A DNA stretch of 64,000 nt from a virus: positions 64,001 to 128,000 of the IMG/VR virus record IMGVR_UViG_3300011116_000922. The stretch is one strand, 5' to 3'. Shown here piece by piece: positions 38,684 through 48,277 of this stretch. The notes under the pieces were generated by a model that was not told the DNA's origin, ran no database searches, and was given only the letters and a program-made list of their open reading frames with translations. A program made the position numbers and the translations under genes. Position 1 is the stretch's first letter. Each line of letters starts with the position of its first letter.

Positions 38684-40610
38684 CCCATATGTAATCGTTT
38701 CCGCGATCCAGTACAATCTTACGAGTCTTCTTGTCTAGCACCTGAAGTCCGGTTCCTGCGGGGTTGAGTACAACCACGCGACCGCTAACGGTTTCGTAGA
38801 ATTCAACACCCATCTTGCGAACCTTTTTCACCTTGAGGGTGTAGTCTTTTCCGTTCTTCGTGCCGTAGATTTCGAATGTCGTTCCAACAGGATGGCTGTC
38901 GATTTCCGACATGAGTTGGGTTGCCAGTTTTACCGCGGTGTTTGCATCCAAGCCGACCATCTTGGATTTCTTCTTGGACTCAGGCTTGGAAATCAAATTA
39001 CCACGGGCATCTGTTTTGCGAGGCTTCAGGGGCTTATTCGAACCCACATAACGGTTGGGATCGTCTTGATCCACTCCGTAATTAATTGTTCCCATTTGAG
39101 GATTGCGGTCGCGCTTGATCTTGATGGCTTCAAGCAGCGATTCTACCAAGCGATTGCGCGAATTTCCAAACATATAGAATCCCTCTGTTTTCGTTTTTTC
39201 GTTTTTTGCTTCAGGCTTCTTCTCGGGGATGGTTTCACCACCGCGAGTCTGACTCAATAGCCCGATATCCTTTTGGAACTTATTAGAGAAGTCGATGATC
39301 TCGTCAACAGGAACAGGCTTGCCGCCCTTGGTGATGGTGCGAGTCTTCATGGTGGTGTTTGCGCCGCCACCGTTGGCAATGTCCACCGCACACTGTGCTG
39401 CCCAACGGTGGTGACCGTCAATCACATAACCGTCACTCACATAGATGGGTTCAAGCAGACGAGCGGCTTGCTTGGCGTAAGTCTCGTCTTCTTGTGCAGC
39501 AAGCAGTGTTCCGTACATTCCCGCAACCTTCTCGCCCTTCAACTGACCCTGAATGGGCTTCAGTGATGTCACAGGAACTTCCTGTTCTTCAATGGTGTAG
39601 CCCGCTGCTTCAAGAGCCTCGCGGTACTGCTTTTCCATGTTGACTTCGCTCTTCAGATCATCAGGAGTGACCTGATCGGGAGAAGTGTAACCCTTTCCTG
39701 CCATGAGTGCCTTGAAAGCAGGAGTGTCCTTGCGGCTTGAATCCACTTGCGAAGAAAACTGCGGCATACGGTCGCGGGGAATGCCCTTGGACACGCCGCT
39801 CTTTGTCTTGGGATCAAAGCAAAACCCAACATCAGCAAAAGCCTGTGAACACAACTCAAAGTCATACGCTTTTTCTCCACGCATAGCCGAAAGCGCAGCG
39901 TGGTTCAGTTCGTCCACGAACATACGCTCTTTCTTTGGATCACCAAAGACCGATTCCTTTGTGTCGCGTGGTCCAGCAAACTTCTTGGCTTTGATAGCCG
40001 CTGCCACGATATTTGCTTTACGCATATCGCGCTTGGTCTTGGCTGCGGCTGTAGCCTTGGGGTCTTCTTTGAACTCCGGGTCAAACTCGGTTTGTGGATT
40101 TTCTGCGCCAACATCAGGATGCTCATCCTTGGCTTGTGGCTCTACCTTGGCTTGCGCTGCACCCGCTTGGCTACCTTGCGGTTGTGCTTGATACTGCGTA
40201 TTAGCGGGAACCGCTTGCGCTTTTTGGGTGGACTGTCCTGCTCCGGGTTGTCCTGCTGTTGCGGGTTTTCCTGCATTCGGTTGTGCGGCTCCCTGTGGTT
40301 GAGGATTCTTTTCGTTTCCGTCCTTGTCCAATTCCACTTCCTGCGATGTGTCCATTTTGCTGTGGTCTACACCGCTTGCAGGTCCTGTTCCTGCTGCCCA
40401 TGACTTGGCTTTCTTCTCGTCATCAAAGCCGTAGTCCTTTTCGCCGTCTTTGTTCATGGCACCAAAGCGACCACTGGCAGTTTTCCACACTTCACCGGGC
40501 TTGTGACGGCTAGGCTTGGCAGGAGTCTGTGCAGGAGCCGATGGCTTCGGGGCTGCTGTGGCTTGAACTTCAAAAATAATGCTGCGTAGGCTTTTGTATT
40601 CTTCGCTCAT
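38676..40610 (-). CDS. large protein with ParB/Srx-like domain
   Basis: LKPIQ...PIYVS..YVIDGHHRWAA; low-complexity N-terminus. Confidence 0.7.
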   Translation of the reverse strand: MSEEYKSLRSIIFEVQATAAPKPSAPAQTPAKPSRHKPGEVWKTASGRFGAMNKDGEKDYGFDDEKKAKSWAAGTGPASGVDHSKMDTSQEVELDKDGNEKNPQPQGAAQPNAGKPATAGQPGAGQSTQKAQAVPANTQYQAQPQGSQAGAAQAKVEPQAKDEHPDVGAENPQTEFDPEFKEDPKATAAAKTKRDMRKANIVAAAIKAKKFAGPRDTKESVFGDPKKERMFVDELNHAALSAMRGEKAYDFELCSQAFADVGFCFDPKTKSGVSKGIPRDRMPQFSSQVDSSRKDTPAFKALMAGKGYTSPDQVTPDDLKSEVNMEKQYREALEAAGYTIEEQEVPVTSLKPIQGQLKGEKVAGMYGTLLAAQEDETYAKQAARLLEPIYVSDGYVIDGHHRWAAQCAVDIANGGGANTTMKTRTITKGGKPVPVDEIIDFSNKFQKDIGLLSQTRGGETIPEKKPEAKNEKTKTEGFYMFGNSRNRLVESLLEAIKIKRDRNPQMGTINYGVDQDDPNRYVGSNKPLKPRKTDARGNLISKPESKKKSKMVGLDANTAVKLATQLMSEIDSHPVGTTFEIYGTKNGKDYTLKVKKVRKMGVEFYETVSGRVVVLNPAGTGLQVLDKKTRKIVLDRGNDYIWDA

Positions 40611-41086
40611 ACCCCGAAACTCCGTGTAAGTGTGGTGATCTTGTCGATTTGGGCTTGCAGTTTCTCTGTGCGTTTGGGCCAGTGAATATATTCTTTCTGC
40701 GGGTTCTTCATCAAATTAGTTAGAAGGGGCAGAATGAGTGCTTCCACCTCTGCCATCTTGACTTTGCACTCGTCACGCATGGCATTGGTTCTGTCCTCAA
40801 TCTCGTTAAGAACGGAAGACAGGCTTTCGCCCTGTTGCTGAAGGGATGCATTCAGTTCCCCCAGTTCCATGTTCAGCACCCGATCAATCTTTTCCTCCAC
40901 CCGAGCAACTTGAGCGGATGAAGCAGGCTTGATTGCGGCAATCTTTACCTCAAGGTCTGCCAGTTTAGCCGCGATTGCCGAAACTGCATCAGCCGAAACC
41001 ACTGGTTGCGGCTGCACCGGAGCAGAGATGTGGAGTTCTTCCTCATCTACTGCGGTGAAGCCGAAATCAAAAGTGGTGTCTGCCAT
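40607..41086 (-). CDS. coiled-coil hypothetical protein
   Basis: FDFGFTAVDE N-terminus; PLL.NL.KNP.KEYI.WP.R. Confidence 0.7.
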   Translation of the reverse strand: MADTTFDFGFTAVDEEELHISAPVQPQPVVSADAVSAIAAKLADLEVKIAAIKPASSAQVARVEEKIDRVLNMELGELNASLQQQGESLSSVLNEIEDRTNAMRDECKVKMAEVEALILPLLTNLMKNPQKEYIHWPKRTEKLQAQIDKITTLTRSFGV

Positions 41087-41092
41087 ATGATA

Positions 41093-43018
41093 TTATGAGA
41101 TTGGCGGTGTGTATCTGAGACATCGTTTAACGAGCAGTTCTCCGAGGTACGAATATCCTCCGGTTATTCCCGCTCCATCCAAGTGAGCCGGGAAGTCTCC
41201 AACAGTTCCACTGGCTGTTTGATAGAAATTGCGGTTTCCATTGAACGCATTTCCTAAACTCAATCCGCCGTAGGTGGTTCCGAAAGATCCGGTACCCAAT
41301 TTTGTAATATCTACAAATAGCACATTTGAATACGAGGACAAAGCAGAATAATCCGGTAGAGTTTCTGAATAATTTTTACCAACAACCCTCAATGAATCCA
41401 TGTTTCCGTCATCAGGATTTGTGGGGTGAGTTACCGATATAATAAATGCCAAATCATTTTCCGGGTATCCTAGAGTGTCCCAATTTGTTTTATACGAGTC
41501 AACGAGAATTTTTACTTGTATTGGAAAATTAGTAGCCGCTTGGGTTTCCGTGGTTCCCGGAGTACCACCAACATCGTTGATTCCGCTATTCAACCACACA
41601 ATAACATTACCGCTTCCGCCTGCCTCAATCTGGCGTTCTCGTATTTCTTGAAGAATAGTCTTCATTCCGCTATTGTTGTAACCAACAGGGTCTGTTCTTC
41701 CAAACTTGACCGCTTCTTTTGCAATTCCTTCAGTTGTATAACCACTCAAGCATATCATGGGCTGAATTGCCCAACCTTTTTTGTTGCAGTGAACGGATTC
41801 AACAAACACACAAACTGGCCCCAGAGTATGATAATTCGGAACAGTAACTTGTCCAAACGCACTTTGATTTTGATTCCACTGATATGAAAGAGACACACCA
41901 ACACGATTTGCATCAGCGGGCCATGTTAGTTTACTTACGGTTTTTGCTGTTACGCCATTTAATCCTGCCCAAGCACTGAATGTCCTTCCACGATCCGTTG
42001 TACCAGTGCATGGTGGATAAACAGTGGCTCCTACTTGATAGGGGTTTCCACCGGGCTGTCCCCAAACATAAGGAGAAATGCCTGATGCTGCACTATATCC
42101 AATTCCGGTTGACAATCCACCCATCCACAACACCAAACAAGAGGTTGATGCACCTGTTCCGGGAAGAAGAGAGTGGACTACGCGATAGGTTAAAGCATTT
42201 CTGCTGTCTATTCCACTTCCTCGTACATCAGCATCGCTTGGATTAAATTCGTGTATGTTTGCGTATTCGTTGTACATATAAGTTGCACCGGGTTTCGGCA
42301 ACCATGCACACGCAGACAAATAAATATTTGCTCCTGATCCTCGGTCGTATGCAAATCCAACATCCATTCCCGTAAAATCCATGAAAGATCGAACATCAGC
42401 AGGAGCATCCCGCAAATCTGCAAATGTATTTCCAGAACCGTCTACATTCACTCTTGGCATAACATTATCGTTTCTCCACCAAGCCGAAGTAAAAGCAGCA
42501 CCACCAAGCGGCAGAGAAATGCCACTGGCATACAGCGGTGTTGCGTACATTCCCGAGCAACAACCACGAATCAAACCACGGGCAAGACCTAATACCCAAC
42601 CTGCGCCAGCGGGAGAACTGGTATTAGAATCACCAGTAACAATAAAGTCTACGCTATCGGTTCCTGCCTTTAGTTTTGCCAACATAGCAAGAGCAGCAGG
42701 AGAACCATACAATCCGGTCGGCAATGCCGATGGAATATATGTTTGTGCAATCAACTGGTCTTGCGTTGCAGCCGTGGTTCCAAGGGCAGTATTAATAACA
42801 GTAAAACTCAAAGCACTGGCATTTTCCCTACCAAGGCTGTCCAAAGCAACCTTTTTGCCCGCGATCCGATTCACTAGCACACTGACAGGAATACCCGCGC
42901 TTGCACCCGCCCCAAGTGTCACACCTGTGAACAAGCCATTTCCGAACTTCTGTGCCATTCGGGTTGCAACGCGAGACAGCCGATCCTGCAATGAACGCTT
43001 ATCATTTGGTAAAGCCAT
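41093..43018 (-). CDS. SGNH/GDSL hydrolase-domain virion protein
   Basis: VTGDSN, NSGIND, terminal PAHL motifs. Confidence 0.6.
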   Translation of the reverse strand: MALPNDKRSLQDRLSRVATRMAQKFGNGLFTGVTLGAGASAGIPVSVLVNRIAGKKVALDSLGRENASALSFTVINTALGTTAATQDQLIAQTYIPSALPTGLYGSPAALAMLAKLKAGTDSVDFIVTGDSNTSSPAGAGWVLGLARGLIRGCCSGMYATPLYASGISLPLGGAAFTSAWWRNDNVMPRVNVDGSGNTFADLRDAPADVRSFMDFTGMDVGFAYDRGSGANIYLSACAWLPKPGATYMYNEYANIHEFNPSDADVRGSGIDSRNALTYRVVHSLLPGTGASTSCLVLWMGGLSTGIGYSAASGISPYVWGQPGGNPYQVGATVYPPCTGTTDRGRTFSAWAGLNGVTAKTVSKLTWPADANRVGVSLSYQWNQNQSAFGQVTVPNYHTLGPVCVFVESVHCNKKGWAIQPMICLSGYTTEGIAKEAVKFGRTDPVGYNNSGMKTILQEIRERQIEAGGSGNVIVWLNSGINDVGGTPGTTETQAATNFPIQVKILVDSYKTNWDTLGYPENDLAFIISVTHPTNPDDGNMDSLRVVGKNYSETLPDYSALSSYSNVLFVDITKLGTGSFGTTYGGLSLGNAFNGNRNFYQTASGTVGDFPAHLDGAGITGGYSYLGELLVKRCLRYTPPIS

Positions 43019-43038
43019 ATGATCCCCTGATTGGATTT

Positions 43039-43752
43039 TTAGTTAACCGACCAAGTGTGTCCGCCGCCACTAGTGGAGTTAAAGTAAATGGTTGCGGTGT
43101 AGCCCGAAACCGTGTAGTTCTCGAAAGTTGCGCCTGCGATGCCACGGGTTCCGCGAGTCACTCCCACAACTTCAATGCTGAACCCGGTTCCCGCAGCCTT
43201 TGCGAATGGCGAAGCGTAACCAAGTGGAACTCCTGTGTTTGTGAGTCGGGCTGCGCCACCACCAGTAACACCCACTGTGAGGTATTCTCCGGGATTGAAC
43301 ACAATTCTGTCCAAATATGTCAGCGTGATTCCGGCTGCGCCACCGTTCAGGTTGACTTGGAAATCTCCCGCAGAAAGCGCGGTGCCAAGAGTGTATCCAC
43401 TGTAAGTGAACACATCGAAATCCGCTCCGCTGCGGACAAACTTGGGCATATAGATGCCAAGGGTCTGTCCTTCAAATGCTCCAATATTGATTCCGCTGGC
43501 AGCAGTTTCACCACGGGGATTCTGCAAAGACGATGTGAGCGCAAGTGAAACAGGCGCGGTTCCGAAAGGAGGGAACCCCTTACCAGTGGTTACTCCGGTG
43601 ATTCCGAAGCCCAGTTTCTTTGCCTGACGCTCAAATGCCACTGCGCCAGTGCGTCCGGTCGAGTTTACGCCGTGTGAGGCATACAAGTGACCAAGAATGT
43701 TTCCAAGTTTGTTTGCTCTTGCCAGTTCGGCTGATCCTGCGGTAAATGCCAT
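43039..43752 (-). CDS. Gly/Thr-rich structural protein
   Basis: SD AAGGA, TAAATA upstream. Confidence 0.6.
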   Translation of the reverse strand: MAFTAGSAELARANKLGNILGHLYASHGVNSTGRTGAVAFERQAKKLGFGITGVTTGKGFPPFGTAPVSLALTSSLQNPRGETAASGINIGAFEGQTLGIYMPKFVRSGADFDVFTYSGYTLGTALSAGDFQVNLNGGAAGITLTYLDRIVFNPGEYLTVGVTGGGAARLTNTGVPLGYASPFAKAAGTGFSIEVVGVTRGTRGIAGATFENYTVSGYTATIYFNSTSGGGHTWSVN

Positions 43753-43830
43753 TGGTATATCCTTTCGATGGGGGGATGGCTTGTCTCTTTATTTATTCAT
43801 TTGCAAAGTGCCACGCACCAAACTAATATT

Positions 43831-44310
43831 TCATTTCATCAGTTTAGCCGTGGTCACGGTGCGCTGATTTTCCACACTGGAAAAACGGTTTGTTACATTA
43901 GTTCCCACAATCTTGTAGCCGAACTCCTTGCCGAATCGCTTCATCATGGCACTGTAGACAGCATCGCGCTTGCCTTCGCTTGTCTTTGACACCATGTCCA
44001 GTTCCTTCGGCAGTTCACCCCGTGCTTCCATGTGGTCTTTCAGGAACAGGCGCACTGCCTCCACCACCGTAGCCAGTATGCGATACGGCTTGCCTGCGTG
44101 TGTGAGGTCGTGTGAGCCGTCAAGCGTAAAGTTGATTTCCCATCCACTCACCTTGATCTTGCTGATGTCAATGTTCAGGTACTGACCGTTTTCGGTCTGT
44201 GCCTGATAGGTGACTTCAATAGTGGTGGGACCGTAACCAATCCGCTTCATTTCGCGCACAGGCAACGGACGGTCAAATACTTCAGTAAGGTAGGAGCGGA
44301 AGTCTATCAT
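43831..44310 (-). CDS. internal-protein candidate with capsid-targeting N-terminus
   Basis: MIDFRSYLTE; paralog of 44307-45005. Confidence 0.7.
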   Translation of the reverse strand: MIDFRSYLTEVFDRPLPVREMKRIGYGPTTIEVTYQAQTENGQYLNIDISKIKVSGWEINFTLDGSHDLTHAGKPYRILATVVEAVRLFLKDHMEARGELPKELDMVSKTSEGKRDAVYSAMMKRFGKEFGYKIVGTNVTNRFSSVENQRTVTTAKLMK

Positions 44311-45005
44311 TGCATATCCTTGAATGGATCGTGGGATTTGTCAAACCACACAATCGCGGGTGCTGCCATTTCTCCACGCCCAAACGCCAAGTCGTAAACC
44401 TTTCCACCTGCTGCGGTGGCGGCTTTACGAGCCAGTGCCTTGTAGATGCGACCACGCGCAGGATTTGCGTCTTTCTTTGTGCCAATCAAAACGCCTCGGG
44501 GTTTCACTTCATCAACGAATTTCTTTGTAGCGTCCACTACCGTGCCAAGGATTGCTGCTGCTTCTCCTGCACCAAGCCAGTTCAGGTCTTCGTCTGATCC
44601 TATATCAAACGAGTGCCAGTAGTATTGGCTGTAATCGTGGATTTTAGAACCAACAGGACGCGGACGGGGCGGCATACGGCGTAGTTCCGTGAGTTGGCGT
44701 TCAAAGCCCAATTCCCAAATGTTTTTAGTGTCCAACAAATTATAGAACAGCGAAAACTCTTCGTATCCTTCAACCCAACCGCTGCTGATTTCCGTGAAGT
44801 CCACAGAATAGGTGTACACCGTTGGCTCAATCCCGTTTACATAGTTGGCTTCCACCCAATCGTCCAGTTGCTTTCCGAATCTCGGAACAGGATACAAGCG
44901 ACCGCGCTTCTCCTGCACAATGAAAGTGTAGGTGTCGCGGGACATCCGTTCCAATTGGAACTTTTTGTCAAACAGTTCGGTCAGATATGAACGGAATGTG
45001 TTCAT
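44307..45005 (-). CDS. internal-protein candidate with capsid-targeting N-terminus
   Basis: MNTFRSYLTE. Confidence 0.7.
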   Translation of the reverse strand: MNTFRSYLTELFDKKFQLERMSRDTYTFIVQEKRGRLYPVPRFGKQLDDWVEANYVNGIEPTVYTYSVDFTEISSGWVEGYEEFSLFYNLLDTKNIWELGFERQLTELRRMPPRPRPVGSKIHDYSQYYWHSFDIGSDEDLNWLGAGEAAAILGTVVDATKKFVDEVKPRGVLIGTKKDANPARGRIYKALARKAATAAGGKVYDLAFGRGEMAAPAIVWFDKSHDPFKDMQ

Positions 45006-45742
45006 ACGGCTTTACGCTTCACCTTTCCGTGCAGTTGACGGGAGAAGGTTTCGGAGCGGTAGTCCACAGCCTTGTCGGAGTATGTGGTGTAGCCGCCCTT
45101 TACCCACGAATCAGCGTAGGTCATCTGATTTCCGCCTGTCATCTGCGACAACTTCAAACCCGTGACTTCAACGGTGTCGCCCAAGCGAATGGGCGGCAAG
45201 CCTTCCTTGCGATCCGCTGTGCCAATGTAGCCCATGAGCATCCAGCCTTCATCAGTCTGAATGCGAACACGCCACCGCCACACGCTCATCTTTGCGTCAT
45301 ACGCTTTCTGACCGGGAGTATCCACACGCGGACTATTACTCTTCCCTTCACGCTCTCCAATGCGGAAGCGCGTCATTCTGTATTTCTTTGTCTTCACGGG
45401 AACATCAAACACAGGAACCAACTGCACAATCTTGCCGCTGATGCTGAACGGCATCCGAAAGTACTCGGGCTTGGGCTTGGCTGTGTCGCCGTGTTCTGTG
45501 CCTTCGCGCACTGCCTTGCCGAATGCGGCACTGGCATTGAACGGTTTGGACAGGTCAAGCACTTGCACACGGAATGAATGCCATCCGTCCTTGGCAGCGA
45601 GTGCCTTTACGCGCTCCACATCCGCTTCGCTCTTGGCTTGGGTGTACAGAATCTTTTCGTGGATGCGATCACGCTTGCCGCGAGGCAGTCCCCACAGCAC
45701 CCATTCCTTGGCTTCAGTGAGATAATTGCTAAACCCTTTCAT
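45002..45742 (-). CDS. internal-protein candidate with capsid-targeting N-terminus
   Basis: MKGFSNYLTE. Confidence 0.7.
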   Translation of the reverse strand: MKGFSNYLTEAKEWVLWGLPRGKRDRIHEKILYTQAKSEADVERVKALAAKDGWHSFRVQVLDLSKPFNASAAFGKAVREGTEHGDTAKPKPEYFRMPFSISGKIVQLVPVFDVPVKTKKYRMTRFRIGEREGKSNSPRVDTPGQKAYDAKMSVWRWRVRIQTDEGWMLMGYIGTADRKEGLPPIRLGDTVEVTGLKLSQMTGGNQMTYADSWVKGGYTTYSDKAVDYRSETFSRQLHGKVKRKAV

Positions 45743-46308
45743 ATCGCGCCCTCCACATCCATGTCTACCACTGTGTAGCCGGGGAACATACGCGCAAGGT
45801 TGTTTGCCACGCGGTTCTTGCCCCGCTGAAGCGCACGATCACGCAGCAGATTATCGCCTGTAGACGCAGAGATGAGTGAAACGGTTTTGCGGAAACGGTC
45901 AACGCGACCTTGGTAATCAGGCATACCGTTCTTGTTGGCGGATCGTTCAGCCGCAACATTGTATTCAGGAATATCGTTGTGTATCACATTCGCGGTTTCG
46001 TGTGGAGGAATTTCCCAGACAATGATTTTTCCACTGTCCCACCACCACAGCAGGGGCAAGTACTGGCGCAGAGTCTTTGCATCGCTTGTGGGCGGCAGTC
46101 CCCACTTCTCAAGCCAACGGGCATTGGGATTGTCGTGACCAGTGGAATCATATGCTGCGTACACCTTGCCGTCATAGGTGGTTTCGTCACGCAACCGCTT
46201 CAGCGTTTTCGCTGCGGTGGTTTTGTAGCCCCGTGGCTTTCGTGCGCCTGCCACGGCTTTTGTTGATGCGATCACTGCTTCGTGAAGATGTGCGCGGAAT
46301 GACTTCAT
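45739..46308 (-). CDS. internal-protein candidate with capsid-targeting N-terminus
   Basis: MKSFRAHLHE. Confidence 0.7.
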   Translation of the reverse strand: MKSFRAHLHEAVIASTKAVAGARKPRGYKTTAAKTLKRLRDETTYDGKVYAAYDSTGHDNPNARWLEKWGLPPTSDAKTLRQYLPLLWWWDSGKIIVWEIPPHETANVIHNDIPEYNVAAERSANKNGMPDYQGRVDRFRKTVSLISASTGDNLLRDRALQRGKNRVANNLARMFPGYTVVDMDVEGAI

Positions 46309-46309
46309 T

Positions 46310-47479
46310 TTAGATCCAAGTGTAAGACATTTGAACTGGTTCAATTCCCAAGAACTCCATGAATGCAGAGAATCCTGCGCTCAAGAGTCCTGCAAAGAAA
46401 TCAACGATTTTGCGGACAGCGGACACCAAGATGTCCCATCCGCGCCCAATTGCGGTTTTTGCTGCCGCGTACCAATCGCTTAAGCCTTCATTCAAGTGAT
46501 TGCGGATTTCAGTGTATCGGGCTTCGTCAAGTGGCTTTCCGCCCGAGAAGTCGATTCGCGCAGCAATGCCGCGTGAGCCACCGCCGCTTGCGCTGCTCTT
46601 GCGACCACGATCACGCAGCGAAAACTTGAAGTGCGGCAAAGTGTTGCGGATGAATTCATCTGCATTGGCAAACTTCACCGTGCCGTTGTCGAACCACTCA
46701 AGGAAATGCGAGGCAATAAAGTCGGGCTTGTTGAAGCGGCGTTCGCCTGTTGCGAATTCACGCAGCAGTGCAACACGGTTCTCGGGCTTGTTCATAAACT
46801 CGCTCATCTCAAGCGTGAGCCGTTCCTTGATGCCCAATACGCTCAGAAACTTGTTCATTTGCGCTATTTCGGCTTTGGTGGGCGTGACTGCTCCGCTCTT
46901 GAATCCGGTCACGCGAGACAGCAGTGCATCGAATCCGTCTTCGCCGTACATTTTCTCGTACCGCTTGCGCGTAGCCTTGTACACTGCTTCATTGCCTGTT
47001 TCAAGAATGATCTGCGAAATTGCCCGTGCAATGGGTGCGCCGCGACCACCATTAAACACTGCGTTAAGCACTGCGTATATTTCGTTGGTCTGTGCAGACG
47101 CGATTTGTGCGTTCACGCCGTACTTCACGGAGCAGCGGTACTTGTCACCCGTGGTGATGAACACCACATCGGTCTTGGGTTCGCCGCTCTTCACGCTCTT
47201 TCCTGTGCCGCCGCTTGTGTACGCAAGTGTGAGTGCTTCGCGTGGAGCCTTTCCTGCCATGCGGAAAGCCAATCGCGGCTTGCCGTCCATGTGTACCAAC
47301 ATACTGTTTACACAGCCACGCGCAACGGCTTCTGCGGCTTTGCTTTGGTACTTCAGCGCAGCACCGCGATCCGCACCTTCGGATGAAGCGTCATTGAACG
47401 CTTTCACCAAGTCACCTTCGAATTTTGTGGTGTTGATTTTAGCCGTGGCTTCGGAAAGATATGAAACGAATCGCTTCAC
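46310..47479 (-). CDS. PD-(D/E)xK nuclease-like protein with capsid-targeting N-terminus
   Basis: GTG start MKRFVSYLSE; FE...EPKTDVV..RCSVKYG..AQ. Confidence 0.6.
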   Translation of the reverse strand: MKRFVSYLSEATAKINTTKFEGDLVKAFNDASSEGADRGAALKYQSKAAEAVARGCVNSMLVHMDGKPRLAFRMAGKAPREALTLAYTSGGTGKSVKSGEPKTDVVFITTGDKYRCSVKYGVNAQIASAQTNEIYAVLNAVFNGGRGAPIARAISQIILETGNEAVYKATRKRYEKMYGEDGFDALLSRVTGFKSGAVTPTKAEIAQMNKFLSVLGIKERLTLEMSEFMNKPENRVALLREFATGERRFNKPDFIASHFLEWFDNGTVKFANADEFIRNTLPHFKFSLRDRGRKSSASGGGSRGIAARIDFSGGKPLDEARYTEIRNHLNEGLSDWYAAAKTAIGRGWDILVSAVRKIVDFFAGLLSAGFSAFMEFLGIEPVQMSYTWI

Positions 47480-48240
47480 GATATGGTTCTCCATTCTTTT
47501 GGATTGTACCGATTGAAATGCGATGATAATGGTTTCAGTCCAACGCGCTCCACCACGACCACCTCAAAGTTGCCACCGCTTTCGCTGATCTCGCGCAAGG
47601 CTGCACGAATGGACTCTGCGTTGGTGCCTTCCAGTGACGGTGAGTTCTGTGGAGTTCCCGAGTACACTTTGAGCCACCCGCGCTGATACGCAAGCATCTG
47701 CACACTGTGCGACAAGTCAATGTCTTCCTTCAGGATTGCCTTCTTGATTTCTTCTGCCGTCCACGGATGCTCCGCACCGTCATTTCCGTAGCGCGGCAAG
47801 TTGTGTGTATTGCGGCGATCCGCTTCTGCTTGCAGACCCTGTTCCAGTTCGGTATTTGAAATGCCGAACTTGGCAGGAGACTTCACGATTTGCGTGACAT
47901 GGTAACCGTCTTTGGCATGGAGGAAGGTGAACCACTGCTTGGTGGGATGCCACCACCCCGCTCGTTGGGTATATCCCGTGCCGCCCCACGGAAACGGATC
48001 GCGCTGTGGTGCGGATTTTTGTGCGCTCTTTTTCCGTTGTGAGTTTGCAAATGCCTTTGCTGCCACCCGTGCCATCATTGCGCCGTACTTCTTTTGCTGC
48101 CTGCGGTCAAACATGATGTCTGCACGGCTACGGGCACTGGCAACTTCCGGTGGCGTGTACGCATTGGGATTGTCTAAAATCTCAAGTCGCTCACCAATGG
48201 CAAGCCGTGCCTCTTTTAGAAATGCAAAAATGTCTTTCAT
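47476..48240 (-). CDS. internal-protein candidate with capsid-targeting N-terminus
   Basis: MKDIFAFLKE; CTAAATA upstream. Confidence 0.65.
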   Translation of the reverse strand: MKDIFAFLKEARLAIGERLEILDNPNAYTPPEVASARSRADIMFDRRQQKKYGAMMARVAAKAFANSQRKKSAQKSAPQRDPFPWGGTGYTQRAGWWHPTKQWFTFLHAKDGYHVTQIVKSPAKFGISNTELEQGLQAEADRRNTHNLPRYGNDGAEHPWTAEEIKKAILKEDIDLSHSVQMLAYQRGWLKVYSGTPQNSPSLEGTNAESIRAALREISESGGNFEVVVVERVGLKPLSSHFNRYNPKEWRTIS

Positions 48241-48277
48241 GTCCGCAGACCCCCTGTATCAAAGTATTTAGCCCCAT

